This document shows positions 7,902 to 16,169 of a stretch of DNA of 64,000 nt, piece after piece. The notes below the pieces were generated by a model. That model ran no database searches. It saw only the letters and a program-made list of their open reading frames with translations, and had not been told where the DNA came from. Where the stretch lies: positions 4,727-68,726 of the forward strand of contig CAYZSL010000003.1 of assembly GCA_964481125.1 (NCBI GenBank), written 5' to 3'. Each line of letters opens with the position of its first letter. The first letter of the stretch is position 1. A program made the translations under genes and the position numbers. The DNA comes from an uncultured Candidatus Saccharibacteria bacterium. GTDB taxonomy: Bacteria > Patescibacteriota > Minisyncoccia > Minisyncoccales > RBG-13-42-11.

Positions 7902-10139
7902 ATGAGTAAGTTATATAAAAAAGGAAATAAGTTCCTTTCGATAGCAACTATATTATTTTTATTTACGTCGATTGCGCCGTTGGTTGAGTTACCGGAAGCA
8001 GGAGCAATAACTGAAGGATGGGTAGATACTTCTGATTGTGTTACTACTGACTGCGGTACTTTTGAAGGAACCAAAACGCAAGATTTTTACGAAGAAGTGT
8101 GTGGTGACGAATGTCCTGTTATTCATTATGAATGGACGACTAAAGAATATGGTGATTGTTCGCCTGGTTGCGACGAAAGGAAGAAATATCCTGATAAATG
8201 TTATTGTGGAGATTGGCCTCGGGGGCATTATGAGGAAAGGCCATATACAACCACTAATCATAATACAGATGTAGTTTATGAGAAATCAGCTGATCCAACT
8301 AAGTGTCATCGTCCTTCTGATAATGATTTATGTAATATCTATGGGTTGTGTGGTGATATTCGCAGCGACTTTAAAAAAGATTATCCTCAACATTTAGACG
8401 TTGAAGAAGAATGTACAATAGAAATCATTGATACTAGAACAATTCCTTGTAGTAATGCCGAGATTACTCTTTGCGATTCTGTTTGCGGAAACGGAATAGT
8501 AGAAGAAGGAGAAGATTGTGATGGAGATGGAAATAGCACTGGTGGCGAAACAGCGACTTGCAATATAGATTGTACTCTTTCATCTTGTGGCGATGGCATT
8601 CTCAACTCAACCGCAGGCGAACAATGCGATGATGGAGGAAATATAGATAGCGATGGCTGTTCGGCAAACTGTCAAATAGAGACTAATGGTGAAGAACCAG
8701 ATCCTATATTTCACTTTATAAAAGTAGAGTGTCCAGCTTGGACCGATATTACCGGTAATGGCGATGCAAGCAATAAAGATGCTACCGGAGGAGAGTATAT
8801 TAATTTTACTAATTACCCCGCCTTCTCAGTTCCTTACCTAAACAAACCAGTTGTTCCGTGCGAAATTCCTTCTAGCTGTCAAAGAACAGATGGTTGGCAA
8901 TTTAAGTTTTCTATTGACCAAGCACAGACTCAATGGGTTAGTTTTATCGGTTCTACCGACAGCAACGGAGAAGCAACTACTAGTTTTTCCCAACTTGACT
9001 CGGAACAACAGGACCAACTAATAAATGGTGGTTCATTGTGGGTGAGTGAAAACTTATCCATCAAGCCCAACGATGCTGAGTTTGCAGCTATACGTTGCCA
9101 TACAGATGCACTTAATGGAGATAATTTGGAATGGATAAATTTGGGAAGCAATTCTTCTAATTGGCCCAGCGATGTTTATTGTATCGCCTACAATGTTCTT
9201 GAAGAAGAAGGACCTGATTGTGGTGATGGTGTAAAAGAGGGATATGAGCAGTGTGATGGCGATGATGGTGTCTCATACGGACAGATTTGTACTGATAATT
9301 GCACTCTTGATTGTGATCCCAATGTGAATCTTGTTCTTAATGGTGGGTTTGAAAATCCTATGGTTGAGCACTCAGCCAAGTGGGATATTTTCCAGAGCGG
9401 AACTTCCCTTTTGGAATGGATTGTCCAATGGATAAGCTCATTCCTTGATGCTCCAGGAACAGCTAATGCTGAACTACACAGAGGCGTTAACGGTTGGCAG
9501 CCCTTTGAAGGAAGCCAGTATGCCGAACTAGATACTGACTGGGACGGACCAGATGGCAGTATCAACGGAGAAGAAGCATCAGTTTCCCTTTCACAAAATC
9601 TTAATACTGTTCCTGGAAGAGATTACACAATTTCTTTTGCTTTCTCTCCACGACCAAATAAGAGTGATGCTGAAAATGTTTTAAAGACTCAATGGAACGG
9701 TAGCGAAGTTAGTACTTTGAATCAAAGTGGAGTGGGTAATTCTAATACGGTCTGGACTGAATATCAGTATGATGTTTCTGCTACGGGTTATCTTTCCCAT
9801 ATTCAGTTTGAAGATCTTGGAACTCCTAATTCAGAAGGTACTTTCCTGGATAATGTAGCAGTTTACTGTAAGGTAGAAACGGGCCCAGTTTGTGGCAACC
9901 AAATAACAGAAGATGAGGAAGAGTGTGATGGTGATGCTCCAAAAAGTTGTACAACTGAAAATGGTTATAGCGGTGTACAAAATTGTGTTAGTTGCCAATG
10001 GGGAGCATGTGAAACAACCGAATATTGTGGAGACGATATAAAGAATGGTAATGAAGAGTGTGACGATGGAAATACTGATGACGATGACGGTTGCTCGGGA
10101 AACCTGTCAATTAGAAGGAACAGAGTCAGAATGCGGTAA
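7902..10139 (+). CDS. large secreted cysteine-rich-repeat surface protein, N-terminal portion (reading frame breaks near 10098-10104)
   Basis: Signal-like N-terminus [27 protein letters not shown] (ATG 7902; the longest ORF starts at 7863). Repeats of the CGNG/CGDG..E.CD.G..DGCS..C type (Myxococcus cysteine-rich repeat/DUF4215-like) at about 8484-8681, 9219-9314 and 9891-10100. A LVLNGGFE.. DUF642/CBM-like domain at about 9321-9870. Confidence 0.75.
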   Translation: MSKLYKKGNKFLSIATILFLFTSIAPLVELPEAGAITEGWVDTSDCVTTDCGTFEGTKTQDFYEEVCGDECPVIHYEWTTKEYGDCSPGCDERKKYPDKCYCGDWPRGHYEERPYTTTNHNTDVVYEKSADPTKCHRPSDNDLCNIYGLCGDIRSDFKKDYPQHLDVEEECTIEIIDTRTIPCSNAEITLCDSVCGNGIVEEGEDCDGDGNSTGGETATCNIDCTLSSCGDGILNSTAGEQCDDGGNIDSDGCSANCQIETNGEEPDPIFHFIKVECPAWTDITGNGDASNKDATGGEYINFTNYPAFSVPYLNKPVVPCEIPSSCQRTDGWQFKFSIDQAQTQWVSFIGSTDSNGEATTSFSQLDSEQQDQLINGGSLWVSENLSIKPNDAEFAAIRCHTDALNGDNLEWINLGSNSSNWPSDVYCIAYNVLEEEGPDCGDGVKEGYEQCDGDDGVSYGQICTDNCTLDCDPNVNLVLNGGFENPMVEHSAKWDIFQSGTSLLEWIVQWISSFLDAPGTANAELHRGVNGWQPFEGSQYAELDTDWDGPDGSINGEEASVSLSQNLNTVPGRDYTISFAFSPRPNKSDAENVLKTQWNGSEVSTLNQSGVGNSNTVWTEYQYDVSATGYLSHIQFEDLGTPNSEGTFLDNVAVYCKVETGPVCGNQITEDEEECDGDAPKSCTTENGYSGVQNCVSCQWGACETTEYCGDDIKNGNEECDDGNTDDDDGCSGNLSIRRNRVRMR

Positions 10140-11547
10140 TAGAAGCCTAGAATCTGGGGAGGAATGTGATGGTGCGGCTGGAGTAACTCAAGGCGCAAAC
10201 TTCTGTACTTTTGATTGTAAACTCGTTCCTATTTATGACGGCTTGCACAGCTGTCCAAAAGGAACAGTAAAGAGCGAACAGGCTATTTGGTCTGGAACAG
10301 TTGCTGGAAACGATATAGATGGAACGCTTGTTGACAGCGGTATAAATGGTCAATTGTTATTTGAAGTTACAGGAACGTTTATGCCGAACGGAAGCTATTA
10401 TGCTGACGCTGGCTACACTACTAACAATAACTGGTCATCTTTAGCAACAGAATACGGAATTCAGGGAGTAGATAGTGATTACGCTGCCCATGCACTTTTA
10501 TCTGATATGGGTACAGGTAATGTTGGTGTAGTAGATTGGAGTAATTTCAACTCTGACCATGTCTATACCAAGTATTACAATGTAACAGGAGATAATGGTA
10601 TACAGTTTGTTATCGGAGACAGATATGGTGAATGGTTTGACACTTCATGGCAGAATCAAACAGGTATGAGTGACAATTCAGGTAGTTTAAACTTAGATAT
10701 ATACCAGTGTGAAGCAACCCAAGAACCTATAAATGGAGGTTGGTCAGACTGGAGTGCCTGTTCTGTAGAATGTGGCGGTGGAACACAAACGAGAACTTGT
10801 ACAAATCCAACTCCAGCTAATGGTGGCGCAGATTGTAGCGAATTAGATGGAGGAAATAGTTCACGAAGTTGTAACACACAAGCATGTCTTACAGGTGGAT
10901 CCTACCCGGGCGGATATGTAGCAACTCAAGGACAAGTTTTAGGTGAAGCAACAGAAGCTGCTTGCGGTATATATTTGCTCCAATACATCAAATACGGAGC
11001 TGACAATGACCCGGCAGAAGTAACAAAGCTTCAGTTGTTCTTAAATGACTTTATGGCAGCTAATTTGACGGTAAACGGCATTTACGACGAAGCAACCTTA
11101 AACGCTGTAAACCAGTTCCAATTAGCTTACAAAGAACAGGTTTTAAGGCCTTGGGTGCAAGCTGGAATGCATGATGATGAAAACGTTCCTACAGGTTATG
11201 TTTATAAGACAACCAAAAGATGGATTAACCTTTTGAAATGTCCTTCTCTTAACATACCTTTGCCTGACCTTTTAGCAGATTGGATTGGTTATTCAGGCGG
11301 AACAGGTGAAGTATTGGGAGAAGAAACTGGTGCAGAAGAGATGACTGGAGAAGAAGAAACTCAGAATGGAGAGGAAACTTTCACTACAGAAGAGCCGGGA
11401 ACTACTGAACAAACACCTGAAGAAACTCCAGGAGAGACTACGCAAGAACCTCAAGGAGGCATCTCATGGTGGATTTGGCTGATAATTATTCTGGTACTTA
11501 TCGGAGGCTTCATTTTCTGGACTTCCGGAAAGAAACCTAAGCAATAA
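10045..11547 (+). CDS. C-terminal portion of the same surface protein (TSP1 repeat, peptidoglycan-binding domain, acidic linker, C-terminal TM anchor)
   Basis: The frame becomes meaningful from about 10099 ([14 protein letters not shown]...), continuing the Cys repeat of the upstream [23 protein letters not shown] at 10741-10800. [20 protein letters not shown] anchor at the end. Confidence 0.75.
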   Translation: MVMKSVTMEILMTMTVARETCQLEGTESECGNRSLESGEECDGAAGVTQGANFCTFDCKLVPIYDGLHSCPKGTVKSEQAIWSGTVAGNDIDGTLVDSGINGQLLFEVTGTFMPNGSYYADAGYTTNNNWSSLATEYGIQGVDSDYAAHALLSDMGTGNVGVVDWSNFNSDHVYTKYYNVTGDNGIQFVIGDRYGEWFDTSWQNQTGMSDNSGSLNLDIYQCEATQEPINGGWSDWSACSVECGGGTQTRTCTNPTPANGGADCSELDGGNSSRSCNTQACLTGGSYPGGYVATQGQVLGEATEAACGIYLLQYIKYGADNDPAEVTKLQLFLNDFMAANLTVNGIYDEATLNAVNQFQLAYKEQVLRPWVQAGMHDDENVPTGYVYKTTKRWINLLKCPSLNIPLPDLLADWIGYSGGTGEVLGEETGAEEMTGEEETQNGEETFTTEEPGTTEQTPEETPGETTQEPQGGISWWIWLIIILVLIGGFIFWTSGKKPKQ

Positions 11548-11576
11548 GATCTCAAAGTCGAAAAAGAAAAAGCTTC

Positions 11577-11597
11577 GCCCCTATGGCGGGGCTTTTT
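11577..11597 (+). terminator. rho-independent terminator
   Basis: GCCCC-tatggc-GGGGC followed by TTTTT, 30 nt after stop 11547. Confidence 0.7.
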
Positions 11598-11604
11598 CGT
11601 TAAC

Positions 11605-11632
11605 TTGACTTCTAAACACGGTTTGATATATT
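11605..11632 (+). promoter_or_regulatory. orphan promoter TTGACT-16-TATATT with a TGn extension
   Basis: TTGACT 11605-11610, TGaTATATT 11624-11632. No ORF with a plausible start follows. Confidence 0.5.
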
Positions 11633-11638
11633 TGAAGT

Positions 11639-11735
11639 GGCAAGAAGTGAGACCGGCAGAAGCGGAAAGCAAAGGAAAGATGTGGTTGTTTCTCTTCTTG
11701 CCTTTTTCTTTGTCGCCAAATAGGCGGTTTTTTGT
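11639..11735 (+). ncRNA. candidate ~95-nt small RNA
   Basis: Bounded by the promoter above. A long hairpin pairs GGCAAGAAG (11639-11647) with CTTCTTGCC (11694-11702), followed by a T-run. A second CGCC/GGCG hairpin + T6 ends near 11735. Confidence 0.3.
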
Positions 11736-11741
11736 TAAAAT
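11713..11741 (+). promoter_or_regulatory. conserved hairpin / T-tract / -10 module, copy B (TCGCCA-N17-TAAAAT)
   Basis: TCGCCAAATAGGCGGTTTTTTGTTAAAAT, nearly identical to the copies at 1265 and 13159. Confidence 0.45.
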
Positions 11742-11954
11742 AAATCAGGAATAGGAATAGGAAAACAATCAACCTTAGTAGTAGTCCGCCTTCGGCGGAC
11801 ACTACGGGGCAGAAATTTAGGCCTCGTTTACCCTTTGACAGGCTCGGGGCCCCGAGAGACTCGGTTGAAATCTAAGATCAATAAGTGTTGCTTAATTAAG
11901 TTAAGCTTAACCGAGTTAAGTAAAAATAATCAAAATTCAGCTCGAAATAAAATT

Positions 11955-12947
11955 ATGGTAAAGCAGAAATTTAATAAAGGTAAAATAGTAATTTATAAAA
12001 GTTCAAAAGGTCCGGAAATTCAAGTTAAGCTTGAAAAGGATACTGTTTGGCTTGATGCGCATTTAATAGCACAACTTTTTGGCGTTAATAGACCGGCAAT
12101 AGTCAAACATCTAAACAATATCTACGGAACAGGCGAGTTAGATAAAAAATCAACTTGTTCCGTTTTGGAACAGGTTGCCGCAGATAAAAAGATTAGGAAA
12201 ATGAATCTTTACAATCTGGACATGATTATTTCTGTTGGTTATCGAGTTAATTCTAAACGCGCTACTCAATTTAGGATTTGGGCGACTAAAACACTTAAAG
12301 AACATTTAGTTAGGGGCTATACCATCAATGAAAAACGGCTTTTAAGGACACAGAATCAATTAAAAGAATTGCAAGGAGCGGTTGATTTTTTACAGAAAAA
12401 AGCTAAACATGAACTTTTGGTCGGGCAAGAACAAGAAATTTTAAATCTTCTTGCCAGTTATTCTAAAACATTAACGCTCCTTGAACAGTATGATAAAGAA
12501 AAGTTGCCGCTCATTAAGAAAGCAAGAGGGAAATTCGTTTTAAAGTATAAAGATGCAAAGGGCGTGATTGATGAAGTAAAAAAAGAATTAATTGTCCAAA
12601 AAGAAACTAGTGATTTATTCGGGCAAGAAACCAGCGAAAAGTTTAAAGCGATTTTGGGAAATATTTATCAAACTTTTACCGGGAAAGAACTATATTCTTC
12701 GCTTGAAGAAAAAGCAGCGCATTTTTTATATTTTACGATAAAAGACCATCCTTTTATTGATGGTAACAAACGAATTGCCTCATTTTTATTCATCTATTTT
12801 TTGGATAGAAACAATTATCTTTATCGTTCTTCCGGCGAAAAGAAAATCAATGATAATGCTTTGACCGCTTTGACGCTTTTAATTGCGACAAGCGATCCAA
12901 AAGACAAAGATATTTTGATCAAAATTATCACCAATTTCTTGGCGTGA
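11955..12947 (+). CDS. RhuM-family N-terminal domain fused to a Doc/Fic-type domain
   Basis: ATG at 11955; the track ORF starts at a TTG at 11835. RhuM-like YNLDMIISVGYRVNSKRATQFRIWATKTL. C-terminal Doc motif HPFIDGNKRIA. Confidence 0.75.
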   Translation: MVKQKFNKGKIVIYKSSKGPEIQVKLEKDTVWLDAHLIAQLFGVNRPAIVKHLNNIYGTGELDKKSTCSVLEQVAADKKIRKMNLYNLDMIISVGYRVNSKRATQFRIWATKTLKEHLVRGYTINEKRLLRTQNQLKELQGAVDFLQKKAKHELLVGQEQEILNLLASYSKTLTLLEQYDKEKLPLIKKARGKFVLKYKDAKGVIDEVKKELIVQKETSDLFGQETSEKFKAILGNIYQTFTGKELYSSLEEKAAHFLYFTIKDHPFIDGNKRIASFLFIYFLDRNNYLYRSSGEKKINDNALTALTLLIATSDPKDKDILIKIITNFLA

Positions 12948-13158
12948 AAAAAGAGTAATAATTTTCTCTTCTCGAAAAACTATCTCTTGGGAAATAAAAT
13001 TAGAGGCGTCTAATTATGTTTATTTAGAGGATATTAAAAATAAAATAACGCGAGAATAAAAAACCGCCCCAGCTTTCGCCAGGACGTACTGTAAAACTAT
13101 TATAATTATAGCAAGCCAAAAAGAGTTATCAAGAGTTAAAAGGTTTTATCTCAATAAG

Positions 13159-13187
13159 TCGCCAAATGGGCGATTTTTTGTTAAAAT
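13159..13187 (+). promoter_or_regulatory. conserved hairpin / T-tract / -10 module, copy C (TCGCCA-N17-TAAAAT)
   Basis: TCGCCAAATGGGCGATTTTTTGTTAAAAT. The -10 ends 6 nt before ATG 13194 and there is no SD. Confidence 0.45.
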
Positions 13188-13193
13188 TGACCA

Positions 13194-14033
13194 ATGTATG
13201 TTATAAATTCAAACGGAGAAAAAGAACCTTTCTCCTTCCAAAAACTATACAGGTCTATAAGAAGGGTAGGAACGCCCCCAAAGTTAGCCATGGAAATTGC
13301 CAATGCCATTGAAAAGGAAGTTTATTCCGGCATCAGCACTTCAGACATTTTTAAAAAGGTAAAAAGACTTATTTATCCTAGGCTAAAAAGGGCTGCTTTA
13401 AGGTTTAATCTGAAAAAGGGGATGAGAAAGTTAGGGCCCAGCGGATTTCCTTTTGAAAAGTTTATCGGAGAAATATTCAAGAAAATGGGGTTTGAGGTAA
13501 AGATTAATCAACATTTACCTGGATTTTGCCTGAAAGATTACGAAATAGATTTTATAGCCAAGAAAGGTAATCTGATATACGTAGGAGAATGCAAATACAG
13601 AAATTATGCCGGGGAAAAGGTTCATTCAAAAGACGCTCTGGTAAACTATGCCCGTTTTCTGGATATTCTTAAGGGCCCTTACTTTAAAACCCAAAAATAC
13701 AAGAACTTCAAAGTAAAAAGCGTTTTAGTTACTAATGAAAAATTCACCACCAGCTCTTTAGTTTATTCCAAGTGCAACAATATAGGCCTTTTAGGATGGA
13801 AATACCCGAAAAATAGGGGACTGGAATATCTGATAGAGGAATATGCTCTTTATCCTATTACCATCCTTCCTTCTTTAAGGGGGCCTTTAAGGGAAATTTT
13901 CGTTTCAGAGAAAATGATGCTTGTTCAGGATGTAGTTAAAATTAATCCTAAAAAATTCTCAAAGATATTCAGAGTTCCTCCAAAACTTATTTTCTCTTTG
14001 ACAGAAGAAGCTAAATCCTTATTAAAGATATAA
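13194..14033 (+). CDS. ATP-cone domain fused to a PD-(D/E)xK (Mrr-type) restriction endonuclease domain
   Basis: 279 aa. N-terminal ATP-cone pattern VINSNGEKEPFSFQKLYRSIRRVG. Nuclease core FEKFIGEIFKKMGF .. EIDFIAKKGNLIYVGECKY (D..ExK). Confidence 0.7.
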   Translation: MYVINSNGEKEPFSFQKLYRSIRRVGTPPKLAMEIANAIEKEVYSGISTSDIFKKVKRLIYPRLKRAALRFNLKKGMRKLGPSGFPFEKFIGEIFKKMGFEVKINQHLPGFCLKDYEIDFIAKKGNLIYVGECKYRNYAGEKVHSKDALVNYARFLDILKGPYFKTQKYKNFKVKSVLVTNEKFTTSSLVYSKCNNIGLLGWKYPKNRGLEYLIEEYALYPITILPSLRGPLREIFVSEKMMLVQDVVKINPKKFSKIFRVPPKLIFSLTEEAKSLLKI

Positions 14034-14035
14034 AT

Positions 14036-14638
14036 ATGAAAAAACAAGTTGTCATTATTCACGGCGGCGACACTTTTAAAAGCTATAAGGATTATTTGGC
14101 TTTTTTGAAAAACTATGAAATTGAGATTAATAAGCTGAAAAAGAAAAGGTGGAAAGAAACTTTAGCTGAAAAACTGGGAAAGAACTTCGAAGTCATTTAT
14201 CCTAAAATGCCAAATCCGATGAACGCTAAGTACAAGGAATGGAAGATAATCTTTGAGAAGCTCTTTCCCTTTTTAAAGAACAAAGTCATCTTACTGGGAC
14301 ATTCTCTTGGCGCTGTTTTTTTAGCTAAATACTTATCTGAAAACAAATTTCCTAAGAAAATATCGGCTGTTTTCCTGGTTTCTGCCTCCTTTGGCGGGAA
14401 AAGCAAGAAATACTACTTAGCTGACTTTAAACTGCCCAAAAGCCTTAAAAACCTTGAAAAACAGGCCAATAAAATCGTTATTTACCACAGCAAGGACGAC
14501 AAAGTTGCTCCTTTTTCCAATATGAAAAAATATGCTAAAGCTTTGCCTAAAGCAAAAGCTGTAGTATTTAAAAACAGGGGACACTTTAACCAGTCTTCTT
14601 TCCCAGAGTTAGTAAAAAACATTAAAAGCCTATATTAA
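14036..14638 (+). CDS. alpha/beta hydrolase (YdeN/RBBP9-like serine hydrolase)
   Basis: 200 aa. Nucleophile elbow GHSLGA, with D and H downstream (KDD, GHF). Confidence 0.65.
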   Translation: MKKQVVIIHGGDTFKSYKDYLAFLKNYEIEINKLKKKRWKETLAEKLGKNFEVIYPKMPNPMNAKYKEWKIIFEKLFPFLKNKVILLGHSLGAVFLAKYLSENKFPKKISAVFLVSASFGGKSKKYYLADFKLPKSLKNLEKQANKIVIYHSKDDKVAPFSNMKKYAKALPKAKAVVFKNRGHFNQSSFPELVKNIKSLY

Positions 14639-14639
14639 T

Positions 14640-15218
14640 ATGAATACTAATCAAAAAATCAAAGAACTAGAAAAGAAAATAGAAATACTCGAAAAAGAAA
14701 ATTCTAAATTGAAGAAGCTGGAAGGAAATTTAAAAAGCTCGGAAGAAAGGTTTAAGATAATTTTTGAGGAAGCGCCTGACGGCTATTTTTTAAGCAAATT
14801 AAACGGCGTCTTTATCGATGGCAACAAAGCAGCGGAAAAACTGAGCGGCTATAGAAAAGATGAACTACTAGGCAAAAGCATGCTCAAATTGAATTTAGTA
14901 TCTTTAGACCAGATGCCAAAGATTGCCAAACGTTTAGCTGAACATGCCCTAGGGAAAAGGACGGAATACGACGAATTTATATTAAATAAAAAAGACGGAA
15001 GCAAAATTATTGTAGAAATAAGCGGAACAATGGTAAAGCTTGAAGGACAAAGATTGGTTCTGGGTATTGTCCGCGACATTACCGAAAGAAAAAAAACAGA
15101 AGAAGAACTTAAAGAAAAGAACGAAGATTTGGAAAAGTTCAATAAGTTTGCCGTGGGCAGGGAACTGAAGATTATTGAATTGAAGAATAAGATAAAGGAA
15201 CTGGAAAAACAAACTTAA
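14640..15218 (+). CDS. PAS-domain protein with coiled-coil flanks and no recognisable output domain
   Basis: 192 aa. PAS core (SEERFKIIFEEAPDGYF..DITERK) followed by the tail NEDLEKFNKFAVGRELKIIELKNKI. Confidence 0.7.
   Translation: MNTNQKIKELEKKIEILEKENSKLKKLEGNLKSSEERFKIIFEEAPDGYFLSKLNGVFIDGNKAAEKLSGYRKDELLGKSMLKLNLVSLDQMPKIAKRLAEHALGKRTEYDEFILNKKDGSKIIVEISGTMVKLEGQRLVLGIVRDITERKKTEEELKEKNEDLEKFNKFAVGRELKIIELKNKIKELEKQT
15097..15209. repeat. 3' gene-module repeat, copy 1 (shared by the two PAS genes)
   Basis: About 113 nt, nearly identical to 15660-15772. It includes a 56-nt perfect match, 15111-15166 = 15674-15729. Confidence 0.85.
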
Positions 15219-15271
15219 AATGCTGCTTAAGGCAGCTTTTCAAAAAGCTAATTTTTGATATAATCTGATGT

Positions 15272-15790
15272 ATGGAGAAAGAACAGAAAAAAGACAACTC
15301 TAAGGAAACATTAGAAGCTATCTTTGACAGCGTCAGGGATGGTTTAGTCATGTTAGATAAGACAGGGAAAATCACCAAAATAAGCGAAAGCCTTATTGAA
15401 ATAGGGGGCTATCCGAAAGAAGAGCTTATTGGCAAACGTTTGAAATTTATGACCATGTTCACCCCTAAAAGCTTGGCTCAAATGATGATGAATTTCATTA
15501 GAACAATAGCTGATAACGAAATAATGCCTTATGAAGTTGAAGGCATGACAAAAGACGGCAAAAAATTATTTGCTGAAATTTCTGGCTCTCCCTTGAAAGT
15601 ACAAGGAAAAATTATTGGCGTAGTGGCAGTTTTCAGAGATATCACCGAAAAGAAAACAACAGAAGAAGAATTGAAAGAAAAGAACGAAGATTTGGAAAAG
15701 TTCAATAAGTTTGCCGTGGGCAGGGAACTAAAGATTATTGAATTGAAAAATAAGATAAAGGAATTGGAAAAGAAATTGGAAAGGAAATAA
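15272..15790 (+). CDS. PAS-domain protein, paralog of 14640-15218
   Basis: 172 aa. PAS core and the same C-terminal tail. TGaTATAAT (15256-15264) ends 7 nt before the ATG. Confidence 0.7.
   Translation: MEKEQKKDNSKETLEAIFDSVRDGLVMLDKTGKITKISESLIEIGGYPKEELIGKRLKFMTMFTPKSLAQMMMNFIRTIADNEIMPYEVEGMTKDGKKLFAEISGSPLKVQGKIIGVVAVFRDITEKKTTEEELKEKNEDLEKFNKFAVGRELKIIELKNKIKELEKKLERK
15660..15772. repeat. 3' gene-module repeat, copy 2
   Basis: See copy 1. Confidence 0.85.
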
Positions 15791-15794
15791 GGCT

Positions 15795-16169
15795 ATGACC
15801 ATGGAAGAGTTTGAAAAGCTGGTAGACGAAGGAATAAAAGCAATTCCCGAGCATTTTTTAAAAATGCTGGAAAACGTCGATATTATTGTCGAGGAAACGC
15901 CTACAACAGAACAATTGGAAAAGTTAAAGATAAGAAAGGGCGTTTTTCTTTTCGGCTTGTATGAAGGCATTCCCCAGACCAAAAGGTGGAGTTACAGCCA
16001 GGCTTTACCCGACAAAATCACTATTTTTAAAGATCCGATTGAAAAAGTGGGCAGTTCTGACGAAAAAATTAAAAAGATTGTCACAGATACTGTCTGGCAC
16101 GAATTGGCCCACCATTTCGGCATGGACGAAGGAAGCGTAAGAAAGGCTGAAAAACGAAAAAGAATATGA
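15795..16169 (+). CDS. zincin-like metallopeptidase family protein (DUF1025/Zincin_1-like)
   Basis: 124 aa. HELAHHFG metal-binding motif near the C-terminus. Confidence 0.65.
   Translation: MTMEEFEKLVDEGIKAIPEHFLKMLENVDIIVEETPTTEQLEKLKIRKGVFLFGLYEGIPQTKRWSYSQALPDKITIFKDPIEKVGSSDEKIKKIVTDTVWHELAHHFGMDEGSVRKAEKRKRI

Noticed and set aside
10045-10098. Met start at 10045 as an independent gene start for the second adhesin ORF
   Set aside because: The first ~18 codons are the out-of-frame translation of the upstream Cys repeat. There is no SD or signal peptide. Sequence sense begins only where the upstream repeat is resumed, so this is a frameshift and not a second gene.
11680-11754. 24-codon hydrophobic ORF (MWLFLFLPFSLSPNRRFFVKINQE) as a type I toxin
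   Set aside because: The frame runs through two terminator-like hairpins with U-runs, so a transcript would likely end before the stop. The SD is weak. I kept only the sRNA hypothesis.
11451-11802. Two 73-aa minus-strand ORFs in the adhesin-RhuM intergenic region
   Set aside because: They span terminators and promoter elements, have no SD, and their sequence looks like translated intergenic DNA. The region is better explained by regulatory or sRNA features.
13058-13132. Minus-strand TTGATA-16-TATAAT promoter followed about 10 nt later by a GAAA-loop hairpin + U6 (a ~40-nt mini-transcript)
   Set aside because: It is too short to be convincing, the hairpin needs two G-U pairs, and such hexamers arise by chance in AT-rich spacers.
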